64,000 nt of DNA. Source: Octopus sinensis (lineage: Eukaryota). The notes beneath the pieces were generated by a model. It saw only the letters and a list, made by a program, of their open reading frames with translations. It was not told where the DNA came from and ran no database searches. Positions within the stretch are counted from its first letter, which is position 1. Every line of letters starts with the position of its first letter. The position numbers and the translations under genes are program-made. Shown here in pieces: positions 39,810-52,004 of the stretch. The stretch covers positions 92,380,001 through 92,444,000 of the forward strand of contig NC_043004.1 in the NCBI RefSeq assembly GCF_006345805.1, in the 5' to 3' direction.

Positions 39810-39877
39810 GCATACATACATACACACATATATCCATATGTATATATATATTATTTATATATATATAATATATTTAT

Positions 39878-39938
<61 letters not shown>

Positions 39939-39940
39939 GA
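39640..39940. repeat. (TA)n microsatellite (similar tracts at e.g. 25380-25545, 40745-40950, 62190-62470)
   Basis: Direct repetition. Confidence 0.95.
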
Positions 39941-40578
39941 ATATGTGTGGGTATGTATGTATGTATGTATGCATATAAGTATATGCATGCACATATACAC
40001 TCATCGACAAGCATATACATGCCCATACACTTCTAAAAACATATTTTCCGGAAAACTATTTTTCCCTTTCTCCGACAAAATTACAGTCCTGCAGCATCTA
40101 TTTCCTCTTCTCCCCACAGCAGAAAAAAAGTTTTCCAATTCCATAGACTACCACCTGTAGTTCTTCAGATTCTGCTCTTTTTTTCTTCTTTTTCATAATA
40201 CTTTTTTATCGACCCTGGATACATGGGAGGGATAAGTGAAGTCTGCAAATATTTTAACTCAGAACGTAAAGTGACGTAAATAATATCTCAAGCCCCTTCG
40301 TCCTACGCTCCACCGATTACGTTAGTTCACCGCCATCTTTGTTTCTTACAAATATATATTAAGCTTGTTCTTTTAATACCCTCACAGATAAAGTATCTTT
40401 CAAATCTTTTGCTGGATTCTAGCTTCGTTTTTTTGGATTGTAGGTGTAAAAGAATGAACATATACATATATTTTTATTCTAATATTTCCCTTTATACTTC
40501 CTGTACCTCTCCCTTACCAAAATAACTTCTTATATAAAGAACTCTACTCTTTCCTTCTATTGAAACTCTCTCATACCC

Positions 40579-40624
40579 TCTCTGATGATGGGATATCTTT
40601 TATATCCCTGTAACATCCGTAAGA
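40579..40624 (+). ncRNA. Hammerhead-like motif, one core substitution
   Basis: TCT-CTGATGA-T-GGGATAT-CTTTT-ATATCCC-T-GTAAC-ATCC-GTA-AGA: perfect 7-bp stem II; GAAA reads GTAA. Confidence 0.5.
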
Positions 40625-40693
40625 CTACCTTTCTCTTTATAAATGTCCTAGAAATATCACACTGCCTTAGCATTTATATCTTATTTTCTCTAA

Positions 40694-40748
<55 letters not shown>

Positions 40749-40851
40749 ATATATATATATTATATATATCTATATATATAATATATATATATTATATATA
40801 TTATATATATAATATATATATATATATGTAGATATATTATATATATATATA

Positions 40852-40894
<43 letters not shown>

Positions 40895-40895
40895 T

Positions 40896-40945
<50 letters not shown>

Positions 40946-41535
40946 TATATAGTTTCTGTGTGTGTTTATGTATGTAGTTATATACAAATGTTTGTACGGT
41001 ATATGTGTATGCGTAACTTCAAGCAAGTATATATTTGTAAGTGATTATCTGTGTCTGTATGTGTGTATATGTTGGTACGTATGATCACGTATGATTGCAG
41101 GTGTGTGTATTCGTGTATGAACATGCGTATCTATTTGTGTGTGTATATATACATGCATTCATATGTATATGTGTATGAGTGTCTGAATGGGATTGACCGT
41201 GCGTGCGAGAAAAAGTTAGAGTGTCTGTCTCAGTGTGCGCATGATTGTGTGTGTGTGTATGTGCACGTGCGTGTGTGTATATCTCGTCTGTCTGTCTGCG
41301 TATGTGTGTGTGGAAAAATATTGATTATAAGGGTACATACAGGATAAACACATTTTGAAAAGATGCCTGCATGTTTTTCCAGCCTTCAACACAAAACATT
41401 GATTCAGCTAATGAGATTTACTGTATAGATATTGTTGTTAAACATAATAAAGGAAGCTGTCTATAATTAGTATAACATCATTATACTAATGTAGGTGGAG
41501 ACATATGGCTTAGTGGTTAGGATGTTATCATGATC

Positions 41536-41687
41536 AACCCAGTGTTCAACTGGTATTTAATTTATCGACCCCGAAAGGATGAAAGGCAAAGTCGACCTCC
41601 GCGGAATTTGAACTCAGAACGTAGCGGCAGACGAAATACGGCTACTCATTTCACCCGGCGTGCTAACGTTTCTGCCAGCTCGCGGCC
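41536..41687 (-). mobile_element. SINE family A, 3'-truncated
   Basis: Head and central domain on the minus strand. Confidence 0.85.
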
Positions 41688-42067
41688 CTTGGCTTATATT
41701 GCAGTTGTGAAGTAAGAATATAACAATATATTTTTATATTAATATACCTCTGAAGAGATTCGACTTCCAAATAATTTTTAATTTAATTAAATCATTTTCT
41801 GAAGGTCTATAACTGAAAGAGCCGCAAATAATATTTGTCAATTTTTTAATTAATATATAATTATTCATTAATTACCTCTCTATTTTCTCTTCTTATTATA
41901 ATAAATAAATATATATAAACCACGGTTTATATAGTGACCTTGAAGTTGAGTGTTAAATGTAATGTTCAATATTCTTTGTCTAGATAACTAACCAGTACTT
42001 TCATAGCATTTTCGCTATCCTGTGATATATATAAATATATATAGTATATATATATATATATTATACA

Positions 42068-42399
42068 TATAATATAATTCGAGACAAAACCACTATTTTA
42101 AAACCAACAAGAAAGACTTAATCAATACATAAATTTTAATATAAATTAAATAAACCGCCACTACAAATGTTTCATGTCTGCTCCGACAATCTTCAGGTGA
42201 TTTTCGATCTTCTAATCAGTATCAAATTTGAAGTTCAAATTGATACTGATTAGAAGATCGAAAATCCACCTGAAGATTGTCGGAGCAGACATGAAACAGT
42301 TGTAGTGGCGGTTTATTTAATTTATATTAAAATTTTATGTATTGATTAGTCTTTCCTTGTTTGGTTTTAAATAGTGGTTTTGTCTCGAATTATATTATA
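42068..42399. mobile_element. 332-bp near-perfect palindrome (165/166-bp arms, 1-nt centre at 42233), PLE-like, one hammerhead motif per arm
   Basis: Arms reverse-complementary with only a few indels/mismatches; hammerhead-like motifs at 42266-42308 (+) and 42158-42200 (-). Confidence 0.9.
42266..42308 (+). ncRNA. Type I hammerhead-like motif (GUA)
   Basis: CCAC-CTGAAGA-T-TGTC-GGAGCA-GACA-T-GAAAC-AGTT-GTA-GTGG: stems I, II and III all pair; U.U replaces G10.1-C11.1. Confidence 0.6.
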
Positions 42400-42480
42400 A
42401 TAATATTTTACTATAAAATTGGATTTAACCCTAAATCTGATTTTTCCCCTGTAATTTTGGATTCATTCCCTAATATTTAT

Positions 42481-42533
<53 letters not shown>

Positions 42534-42651
42534 ATATTATATAATATATATATATATACAAAAAGGGTGAAATATAATTAATTCAATAAAATGAATAATT
42601 TTCACCCATAGTTTATCGGTAGGAAAAGACCATATTTGGTAGGATTATATT

Positions 42652-42751
42652 AATTATAATAAAGGGTTAATGCACCAAGTTGCTCAAAACCACAATATTT
42701 TTCGGTATGTGGTTTTGAGCAACTTGTTGCAATTAACCCTTTATTATAATT
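42652..42751. repeat. Hairpin with 43/44-bp arms and 13-nt loop
   Basis: aattataataaagggttaatgcaccaagttgctcaaaaccaca / tgtggttttgagcaacttgttgcaattaaccctttattataatt. Confidence 0.9.
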
Positions 42752-42809
42752 TGATATATATATATATATAATATATATATATCTATATATTATATATATA
42801 TACTTTTCA

Positions 42810-43160
42810 CAGGTTGCATTGCATTAGAAATGGTGCTCTCTGCGAGTGTGGACGTGACATTCGCGACTGTGTTTGAGTTTGATGTCCTTCGATGTTGATT
42901 CGCTGAGATCAATATGTGCGATATAGTGGTTCTGGAACAGCATTCCAATTTTCTCCAGACTGATGGCGTGGCCAAAAATCGTGGCCTCTTTAGCAAAGCT
43001 CAACATGACAGTCGGGAATGTCACCTCCGTGTGCACAAAAAGGACGTAGTCATCTGTAAACGGCAGATAAACCATGAGCTCGTCCAGAGTTTTCTTGCGA
43101 GTAAGGAGTCGGGGAAGCTTGAAGAAGATTCCCAATGGGGCAGAAACGTTTGATAGATAA
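42810..43160 (-). mobile_element. RTE-clade LINE reverse-transcriptase fragment, decayed
   Basis: FKLPRLLTRKK...LPFTDDYVLFVHTE...FAKEATIFGHAISLEKIGMLFQ aligns by eye to RTE-type RT (LLFADDCAL.AH.E...FA..A..FGLTISLKKT). Confidence 0.8.
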
Positions 43161-43546
43161 TAAAGCAAGCATATTTTACTATAATGTAGTTTACTATCTT
43201 ACTGCTATATATTGGAAGAACAGATAAGAAAAGTATCTCATATTACGTAGAATGCAGCTTACTATTAAGATATTAGTGTTATATATATTATATATATATA
43301 TAATATATATATATATATATTTGCGTGTATGTGTGTGTGTATGCGCGTGAGTATATATATATATATATTATATAATATATATATATAATATATATAATAT
43401 GTATATATATATATATATACATATTATGGATATTATTTGCGTAACATGGTTTACTATATAGCGTTATAGATAAGAAGAATCGATTTGTTATTACTATAGG
43501 TTGGTTTACTATCTAGATGCTGGTAGTGCAGATAACTTTATAGATG

Positions 43547-43608
<62 letters not shown>

Positions 43609-44262
43609 TAGATAGACAGACAGACAGACATAGATAAATAGACCACCATCATTATGGTCAACGTCATCATGATCATCGTTTTTATCATCATCATTATCAT
43701 CATCATTATTATTATATGGTTTCGTTTATAGATATTACTGCCAAAGTTGATATTGTTATATATTCTGTAATGTGATTTACTAAGTGGATATTTGTTTTAT
43801 AGATAACAAAATTGCTGTAATGGAGTAAACTATGGATATGTTAGTGTCAACCATGATACATATATCTATCTACTAATCTAGATAAATAGGTATTGGTGTT
43901 ATGAATAGTAAAGGGATCCCTACTATATTTTATATAATAAAAGACGGATCGACGTTTTAATGAGGTAATCTCATATGGTCGCTGGACCCACAAGAAAAGG
44001 CATCACATAAAGAAAATTCTACCCTCATAAAAAAAGGAGAAATAAAAGTCTGAAAACGTAAAGGTCTGATGATTACTAACGAAACACTATTGATATACAT
44101 GTTCGACACACATTCTCGTAACTGAGCGATTCGGCAAAAGAGACAGATGCAATAAGTACTAGGCTTTCAAAAAATAAGTCGAGGGGTCGATTTGTTCGAC
44201 TAAAACCCTTCAAGGCAGTGCTCCAGCTTGGCGGCAGTCAAATGACTGAAACAAGTAAAAGA

Positions 44263-44472
44263 ATGACCGCGTGTGTACCGTTGGCGATTTTTTCCATCCG
44301 TCTTCCCTTCCTTGGATCTTTCCTCTTTCTATGTTTCTGACGAAGAGCCCCGCTCGAAACGTTAAATCCTCCTTCTTTCTTTCCTTTCCTGAGCGTCCAA
44401 TAACACTATACTTGTTCCACGTCCTCGCGTTGTTGTTGTTTCTCTTTGTGTTTTCATGTTTGGATTAACCTT
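44263..44472 (+). mobile_element. PLE-like terminal-repeat element with hammerhead-like core (44333-44367)
   Basis: GTTT-CTGACGA-A-GAGC-CCC-GCTC-GAAAC-GTT-AAAT; homologous to 45003-45215 and 63506-63608. Confidence 0.65.
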
Positions 44473-44491
44473 ATATATATAATATATACTA

Positions 44492-44542
<51 letters not shown>

Positions 44543-44797
44543 TGTAAATAGGATCCACACCATAATTAGTCTTTGGAAAATACTTTTAGCCAAAATTGTT
44601 CAATAGAGACCTAGTCGTGACATTGTCGTAAGAAGCTGCTTCTCAGCCACATGGGTTCACTCCCACTGCGTGAAACATTTGGTAATTGTCTTCTATTGGC
44701 TCGGACCGCCGACCAAAACCTTGTGCGTGGATTTGTTGAACGGAAACTGAAAGAAACCCATCGTATTATCTCTGTGTGTGTGCATAGGTTATAAAGT

Positions 44798-44856
<59 letters not shown>

Positions 44857-44938
44857 ATACAAATACATATATATATATACATATAATATATATATATATT
44901 ATACATATATATATATATATACATATATAAATATATAC

Positions 44939-44971
<33 letters not shown>

Positions 44972-45002
44972 TGTATGTATGTCTGTATGTATTATCGATG
45001 TA

Positions 45003-45215
45003 TATATAGTTATTCAAACCATGAAAACACAAAGAGAAAACACAACAACGCGAGGACGTGGAACAAGTATAGTATTATTGGACGCTCAGGAAAGAAGGAA
45101 AGAAGGAGGATTTAACGTTTCGAGCGGAGCTCTTCGTCAGAAACATAGGAGAAGGAAAGATCCAAAGAAGGGAAGACGGAGGAAAAAAATCGCCAACGGT
45201 ACACACGCGGTCACA
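45003..45215 (-). mobile_element. PLE-like terminal-repeat element, inverted partner of 44263-44472
   Basis: Reverse complement of 44263-44472; core CTGACGA-A-GAGC-TCC-GCTC-GAAAC at 45140-45117. Confidence 0.65.
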
Positions 45216-45401
45216 TTTTGAATGACCGGAATATATATACACACACACAATCACACATATATATATATATGTATGTATGCATGCATGCATGCATGTATGT
45301 GTGCGTGTCTTTTTGTCTATGTCTGTCCCCACCACCGTTTGACAACTGGTGTTGGTGTGTTTTTGTGCCCGTAAACTAGCGGTTCTGCAAAATAATAAAA
45401 A

Positions 45402-45632
45402 AGGCGGTGAGCTGGCAGAAACGTTAGCACGCCGGGCGAAATGCTGAGCGGTATTTCGTCTGCGTTACGTTCTAAGTTCGAATTCCGCCGGGGTCGACTT
45501 TGCCTTTCATCCTTTCGGGGTCGATAAATTAAGTACCAGTTACGCACTGGGGTCTATGTTATCGCCTTAATACCTATGTCTGTCCTTGTTTGTCCCCTCT
45601 GTGTTTAGCCCCTTGTGGGTAATAAAGAAATA
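45402..45632 (+). mobile_element. SINE family A nested in a family B SINE (~45300-45735), 17-bp TSD
   Basis: TSD GGTTCTGCAAAATAATA at 45381-45397 and 45633-45649; family B body resumes on both sides. Confidence 0.9.
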
Positions 45633-46093
45633 GGTTCTGCAAAATAATACAAGGCTTAAAAAGTATTCTTAAACCCTTAAATGCGGTACTCTAGCATGAC
45701 CGCAGTCAAATGACTGATAGAAGTAAAAGATAAAACATACATGCATAAAAGTATATATAATTTGCGTAGCACAAGGCTAAGGAATGAAAGACTTGACGGA
45801 ATTAACGAACCCGTCATACCCGTCATACGTATAGTATTTATATGTGATCTTAAGCTGGCGGATTCTGTTTCGAGAGCTCTGTCTCTAAAAGTTAAATTCC
45901 CTCTGAAACCAGCAGTCACAAGGGTTGAATATATGACTGGCCAAATGGAGGACTGTCCCGAAATTTTGACACGTTTATATGTCCCTGAATTAAGCCTTCT
46001 TGCACGTAAAATTGATGTTCAAGCGCATAAGGTTCTAAGACTGCACATAGTAGGAAATAATATAAGTGCATACTGCATGTAGTAGACCAAGTT

Positions 46094-47588
46094 AGTGAAT
46101 GAATGAGTGAGTGAGTGAGTGAGCGAGTGAGTGAGTGAGTGAGTGAGCGAACGAGTGTGTGGGTGAATGAGTGAGTGAGTGAGTGAGTGAGTGAGAGAGT
46201 GAGGGAGTGAGCTAGTAAGTGAGTGAGTGAGTGAGTGAGCGAGTTAGTGAGTGAGTAAGTAGGAGTGAGTGAGTGGTGACGCGAGTGAGTATGTTAGTGA
46301 ATGAGTGAGTAAGTGAGTGAGTAAGTGAGTGGTGAGGCGAGTGGAGTGAGTGAGTGAGTGAGTGATTGAGTGAGTGAGTGAGTGAGTGAGCGAGAGTGAG
46401 TGAGTGAGTGAGTGAGTGAGTGAGTGAGTCGAGCGGTGAGTGAGTGAGTGAGTGAGCGAACGAGCGACTAACAGCTCTTATGAAGTGAGTGAGTGAGTGA
46501 GTTCGTGGGAGTGTGTGGGTGATAAGTGTAGGTGAGTGAGTGAGTTGTGAGTGAGAGTGAGCGAGTGAGTGAAGTGAGCGAGTAAGTGAGTGAGTGAGTG
46601 ATTGAGCGACGATGTGAGTGAGATAAGAGAGATGAGTGAATTGTGGGTGAGCACTGAGTGATGGTTAGTTTAGTGAATGAGTGAGTAAGTGAGTGAGTAA
46701 GTGAGTGAGTGAGCGAGTGAGTGAGTGAGTGAGTGAGTGAGTGAGTGATTGAGTGAGTGAAGTGAGCGAGCGAGTGAGTGAAGTGAGTGGTGAGTGAGTG
46801 AGTGAGTGAGTGAGTGAGTGAGTCCGGTGAGTGAGGAGTGATGAAGGAGCGAGTGAGTGAGGAGTGAGTGAGTGAGTGATGAGTGAGTGAGAGAGTGAGG
46901 GAGTGAGCTAGTAAGTGAGTGAGTGAGTGAGTGAGCGAGTTAGTGAGTGAGTAAGTGAGTGAGTGAGTGGGTGAGCGAGTGAGTTAGTTAGTGAATGAGT
47001 GAGTAAGTGAGTGAGTAAGTGAGTGAGTGAGCGAGTGAGTGAGTGAGTGAGTGAGTGAGTGAGTGAGTGAGTGAGTGAGTGAGCGAGCGAGTGAGTGAGT
47101 GAGTGAGTGAGTGAGTGAGTGAGCGAGCGAGTGAGTGAGTGAGTGAGTGAGCGAACGAGTGTGTGGGTGAATGAGTGAGTGAGTGAGTGAGTGAGTGAGA
47201 GAGTGAGTGAGTGAGCTAGTAAGTGAGTGAGTGAGTGATTGAGCGAGTTAGTGAGTGAGTAAGTGAGTGAGTGAGTGGGTGAGCGAGTGAGTTAGTTAGT
47301 GAATGAGTGAGTAAGTGAGTGAGTAAGTGAGTGAGTGAGCGAGTGAGTGAGTGAGTGAGTGAGTGAGTGAGTGAGTGAGTGAGTGAGTGAGCGAGCGAGT
47401 GAGTGAGTGAGTGAGTGAGTGAGTGAGTGAGTGAGTGAGTGAGTGAGTCGGTGAGTGAGTGAGTGAGTGAAGGAGCGAGTGAGTGAGTGAGTGAGTGAGT
47501 GAATGAGTGAGCGAGTGAGTGAGTGAGTGAGTGGTGTGTGAGTGAGTGAGTGAGCGAGTGAGTGAGTGAGTGAGTGAGTGAGTGAGTG
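46094..47588. repeat. ~1.5-kb (GAGT)n array with higher-order variant blocks
   Basis: Direct repetition; variant blocks recur (gtgagctagtaag near 46205, 46900, 47210; gcgaacgagtgtgtgggtgaatg near 46147, 47151). Confidence 0.95.
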
Positions 47589-48673
47589 TTTGTAAGTCAG
47601 CGAGCCACAGACAGACGGACAGATAGACAGGACAAAGAGTGTAGGAGAGATGTATGACGTGAAAGTGGCAGCAAAGCTGAATAATAGGATGCATAGCTGG
47701 ACTGACAGACAGACGGACGGACAGACGGAAGGACGGATGGATAGATGGATGGATGGATGGATGGATGGAGGATGGATGGATGACTATTAGGATAATTACC
47801 TGGTCGGCTGGCTGGCTGGTTGATAGGACTGCATGGATGGATGCAGGGATGAATGATATAATATACAGTTGTTTGTCAGACGGGTGGCAGTCCTGGCTGG
47901 CTGGCTGGCTGCCTGAACAAACGGACAGATGTTCTGAAAAATACCGTGAGAGACGAAATCATGGCATGTTGACTCCAAACAATCAAATTTGTAACAAGAA
48001 TTTCAAGACATTGAACTCTCGTAAATGATTTCACCTCATTTCTAATTATAGCTGCTATAAGTTAATTAGACATTTCTAATCAGTGTTGCCTGGCAACACC
48101 TTCATTTCTATGGTTTCCAAAGAAAAAATACATACAAAAATAATTGAACAAAATATAAAAAGTAAAAGCAAGATTATATATATATAAAATAAATAACCAA
48201 TATCGATCCTGGAAGAACTTTCTCCTAAGAACGTGATATATTATCATCATTTTCTTCTCATTCTTCTTCTTCTTCTTCTTTTCTACTCCACCACCTCCTC
48301 CTCCTCCTTCTTCTTCTTCTTCCACTTCGTTTCTTGTTTTTCTTCTAATTGCTTATATTTCTTTATAACATCTAAATACATTCCAAAGCCTCGTTCATTT
48401 CCTCATACGGGAATAAACTTCCTAAGTTCATAAATTATGAGGCGGGCAACGTTTAATCGATTGAAATTGACACCAGTTTTTGATTGGGTGTTATATCTTA
48501 TCGACCGCAGGATAATAAAAGCACAAGTTCACCTCGGCAGGATTTGAAATCAGGTAAATACCCAGAACAAATTCTGCGGGACATTCGTGGTATTTTCTCC
48601 ATTAGAATAGTTAGAATGATTCTGCTTACCCATTGGTCCACTGACCTCAATAATAATAATAATAATAATAATA

Positions 48674-48931
48674 CATCCTTAAACAACCCTTATTCAGGGA
48701 CCTTTTGAGCGGATGGGCTACTCAATCTGAAGAAAATTCTAACTGGGCCCCACCTGCAAGATCATGCGCTGTTTATCTTGATATGAGATCACCATGTGGT
48801 TGTGATCACACATATGGTTGTGATGCATGTGCCTGGTGTACCCTTATCAGACGGGTAGTCATGATGGGTATATTGGGCTTCGTATATTTTACCCCAGTGT
48901 CACTTTGATGGTATGAACTGCTCTCTCACTC
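48674..48931 (+). mobile_element. (AAT)n-flanked repeat, 5'-truncated copy
   Basis: Matches the 3' half of 18584-19156; (AAT)n on both sides. Confidence 0.85.
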
Positions 48932-48944
48932 AATAATAATAATA

Positions 48945-49660
48945 ATCATTTCTACTATAGGCACAAAGCCTGAAATTTGAGGGAGGGGCATGGCTGATTA
49001 CATCGACCCCAAATGCTCACCAGGTACCCCAAAAGAATGAAAGGCAAGGTCGAAATCAGAACGTAAAGACGGAGGCAACTCCGCTAAGCAGTGAGTCCAT
49101 CGTTCTCATCAATTTCATATATGAAATGCTTGTTTCTGACAGTAAGATTGAATTGACGAAGTGCCTTCGTACAGCTAAATGTGTGGCTTTGTACCACGCA
49201 TCTTTGTGGTAAGAGACCTCTTGGTTTATCCAATTTCAATATTTGAACACTACTAAGGCGATGAGCATGTAGAACTGTTGGTACGACGGGAAAAATACCA
49301 ATCGACATTTCGTCCGTTCTTACGTTCTGAGAACAAATTCTGCTGAGGTCGACTTTGACTTTCATCTTTTCGGGATTGATAAAATAAGCACCAGTTGAGT
49401 ACTGGGGTCCCTTCAAGTTGCTGACATTGAGCCGACATTTGACGGTGAGCTTACAGAATTGCTGGCAGGCCGGGCAAAATGTTAAATGGCATTTCGTCCG
49501 TCTTTGCGTTCTGAGATCAAATTCCACCGAGGTCCATTCTACCTGTCATCTTTTCGGGATCGATAAAATAACTAGCAGTTGAGCACTTGGGTCAATGCTA
49601 TAGACTTATTCCCTTCCTCGAGATTGCTGGCCTTGTGCTAAAATTTGAAATCAGTATTTG
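48945..49660. mobile_element. Cluster of old family A/A' SINEs (48945-49090 minus; 49255-49410 and 49443-49660 plus)
   Basis: Degenerate gaggtcgactttgactttcatcttttcggg central domains. Confidence 0.7.
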
Positions 49661-49842
49661 AAGAATACTTTGTTTTATTATCTGTATTATTTGGATAAAG
49701 CGTACAAACGACGGGAGCAGGATTTGAACTCTATTAACAATATGAAAGAGGATGGGTAAATAGAATATCTCAAAACGTTTTATCCCATGCCCACCGAGCT
49801 CGCCATCGACTACCACTTCATAGAGGAAATATTACAATGAAA

Positions 49843-50208
49843 TGGAGGCGCAATGGCCCAGTGATTAGGGCAGCGGACTCGCGGTCATAGGCTCGCGGTT
49901 TCGATTCCCAGACCGGGCGTTGTGAGTGTTTATTGAGCGAAAACACCTAAAAGCTCCACGAGGCTCCGGCAGGGGATGGTGGTGATCCCTGCTGTACTCT
50001 TTCACCACAACTTTCTCTCACTCTTACTTCCTGTTTCTGTTGTACCTGTATTTCAAGGGGCCGGCCTTGTCACTCTCTGTGTCACGCTGAATATCCCCGA
50101 GAACTACGTTAAGGGTGCACGTGTCTGTGGAGTGCTCAGCCACTTACACGTTCCGTTGATTCGGATCAACCGGAACCCTCATCGTCGTAACCGACGGAGT
50201 GCTTCCAC
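49843..50208 (+). mobile_element. SINE family C, full length, 12-bp TSD
   Basis: tRNA-like head with A and B boxes; TSD ATTACAATGAAA at 49831-49842 and 50209-50220. Confidence 0.93.
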
Positions 50209-51124
50209 ATTACAATGAAACCGACAGCTAAACTAGATAACAGTAAAGACAACACTCAGAGTATTAACACTTCCAATGTCCTGAACACATACATAGATAC
50301 AGACAATCATACTCAAACTTCTTCACACATATTCACACAAACACAGACACACACATTTACAAACACACACACACACATACACACATACATATGCAACTGT
50401 TATAATCACTTATCTAAAGAGACCGTTTATTGAAAAGATGCTATTTTAGTTCAAACTAGACATATTTGAATGCCAACTTCTACAACTCGCCAGCCCCCAC
50501 TCCTCTCTCTCGTATTATGTTCTTTCTTTCCTTCTTTTTTCATTTTCATTCTTCTCTTTCTTTCTCTATTTTGTTTCCCATCTTTGTTTCTGTTCTTCTT
50601 TCTTTCCTTCCTTCTTTCTTACTGTCTTCCCATTTCAGGAGTTCAGTTTCAAAACTGTGTGACTGAAATAGCAAATGTAAACACATGGTGAGAAAACAAT
50701 GTAAAAAGAAGAAAAAAAAATACAGAAAAAAAAAACCAACGTAAAATAAAATACACACACAAAAAATATTTAATAATGATAAATAAATAAAATATTTGTA
50801 ACCATTCCAGCATCATATTTGGAGAAGATTCACAACAGAGTGGTGAAGAATGATGATGATGATGATTATGAATGGATGGATGGAGAGACGGGGTTTAGTG
50901 TGAGTGTGGTGGCGGTGGTATTATGATGGCGATTTTCGTGGACTTGGTGTTGATGATGTGAATGTCAATAATGAGATGCTATCCTAACTTGCCATGAAAG
51001 TCGGAGAAATAATTGCATAATTAGAAGATATCACAAAACTATAACAATAAAATGGAGTGAAGAGTTAACAGCTATACATGACATGAGGCCGCATGGAAAT
51101 TTTCTAAACCACACATACATACAT

Positions 51125-51201
<77 letters not shown>

Positions 51202-51225
51202 CAGACATATATCATTTTTATTCAT

Positions 51226-51455
51226 GCGCCCTTTTCAAGCCTAGCCAGGCTCATGGGCCCGGTTTCCCGGTTTCTGTGACGTATGTGTTCCCCCCAGCTG
51301 GACGGGACGCCAGTCCATCGCAGCGTTACTCAAGAAACAGGAAGAAAGATTGAGAGAAAAGATTGGGGTGAAAGAGTACAACAGGGGTCGCCACCACCTC
51401 CTGCCGGAGCCTCCGATCGCGAGTCAGCTGCCCTAACCACTGGGCCATTGTACCT

Positions 51456-51459
<4 letters not shown>
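51226..51459 (-). mobile_element. SINE family C head with third tail type, internally deleted
   Basis: Head on minus at 51420-51459; tail gtaacgctgcgatggactggcgtcccgtccag shared with 63743-64000. Confidence 0.75.
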
Positions 51460-51489
<30 letters not shown>

Positions 51490-51553
51490 CGGGAAGGTTT
51501 GCGAAAATAAACAAAAGACGAAGGCAGGTGGAGTACAAACAAACAATATATAT

Positions 51554-51613
<60 letters not shown>

Positions 51614-51614
<1 letters not shown>

Positions 51615-51924
51615 AAATGAAGAAAATGCTGACAAAATAATTTAAGTAAGGGAGAGTGTATTTAATTAGGCGAACGTTCTTTTTACCGGTTGCGCATTTG
51701 TTATGCTTATCAAAAGATATTTTTTAAAGAGAGATAGAGTTCCTTCTGATAGATTTTTTTCTCTTATCTGAAGGGGAGAAAAAATCTATCAGAAAGGGAC
51801 TCTATCTCTCTTAAAAAATATCTTTTGATAAGCATAACAAATGCGCAACCGGTAAAAAAAAATTTCACCTAATTAAATACACTCTCCCTTACTTAAATTA
51901 TTTTGTCAGCATTTTCTTCATTTC
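51614..51924. mobile_element. 311-bp fold-back palindrome (~150-bp arms, 12-nt loop), PLE-like, with decayed hammerhead in both arms
   Basis: Arms 51614-51763 / 51776-51924; TTGATAA-GCAT-AACAA-ATGC-GCAAC-CG-GTA at 51825-51854, mirrored at 51684-51713. Confidence 0.88.
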
Positions 51925-51966
51925 CTTTTTTTATATATCACAACTCGTGTTCCACATCTCCTTTTT

Positions 51967-52004
<38 letters not shown>

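Noticed and set aside
39528-40160. 210-aa ORF and all similar YI/CV/HT/LSI-repeat ORFs in the track
   Set aside because: Microsatellite translations.
45741-46082. 113-aa ORF
   Set aside because: Starts in a SINE tail, no recognisable motif, no splice support.
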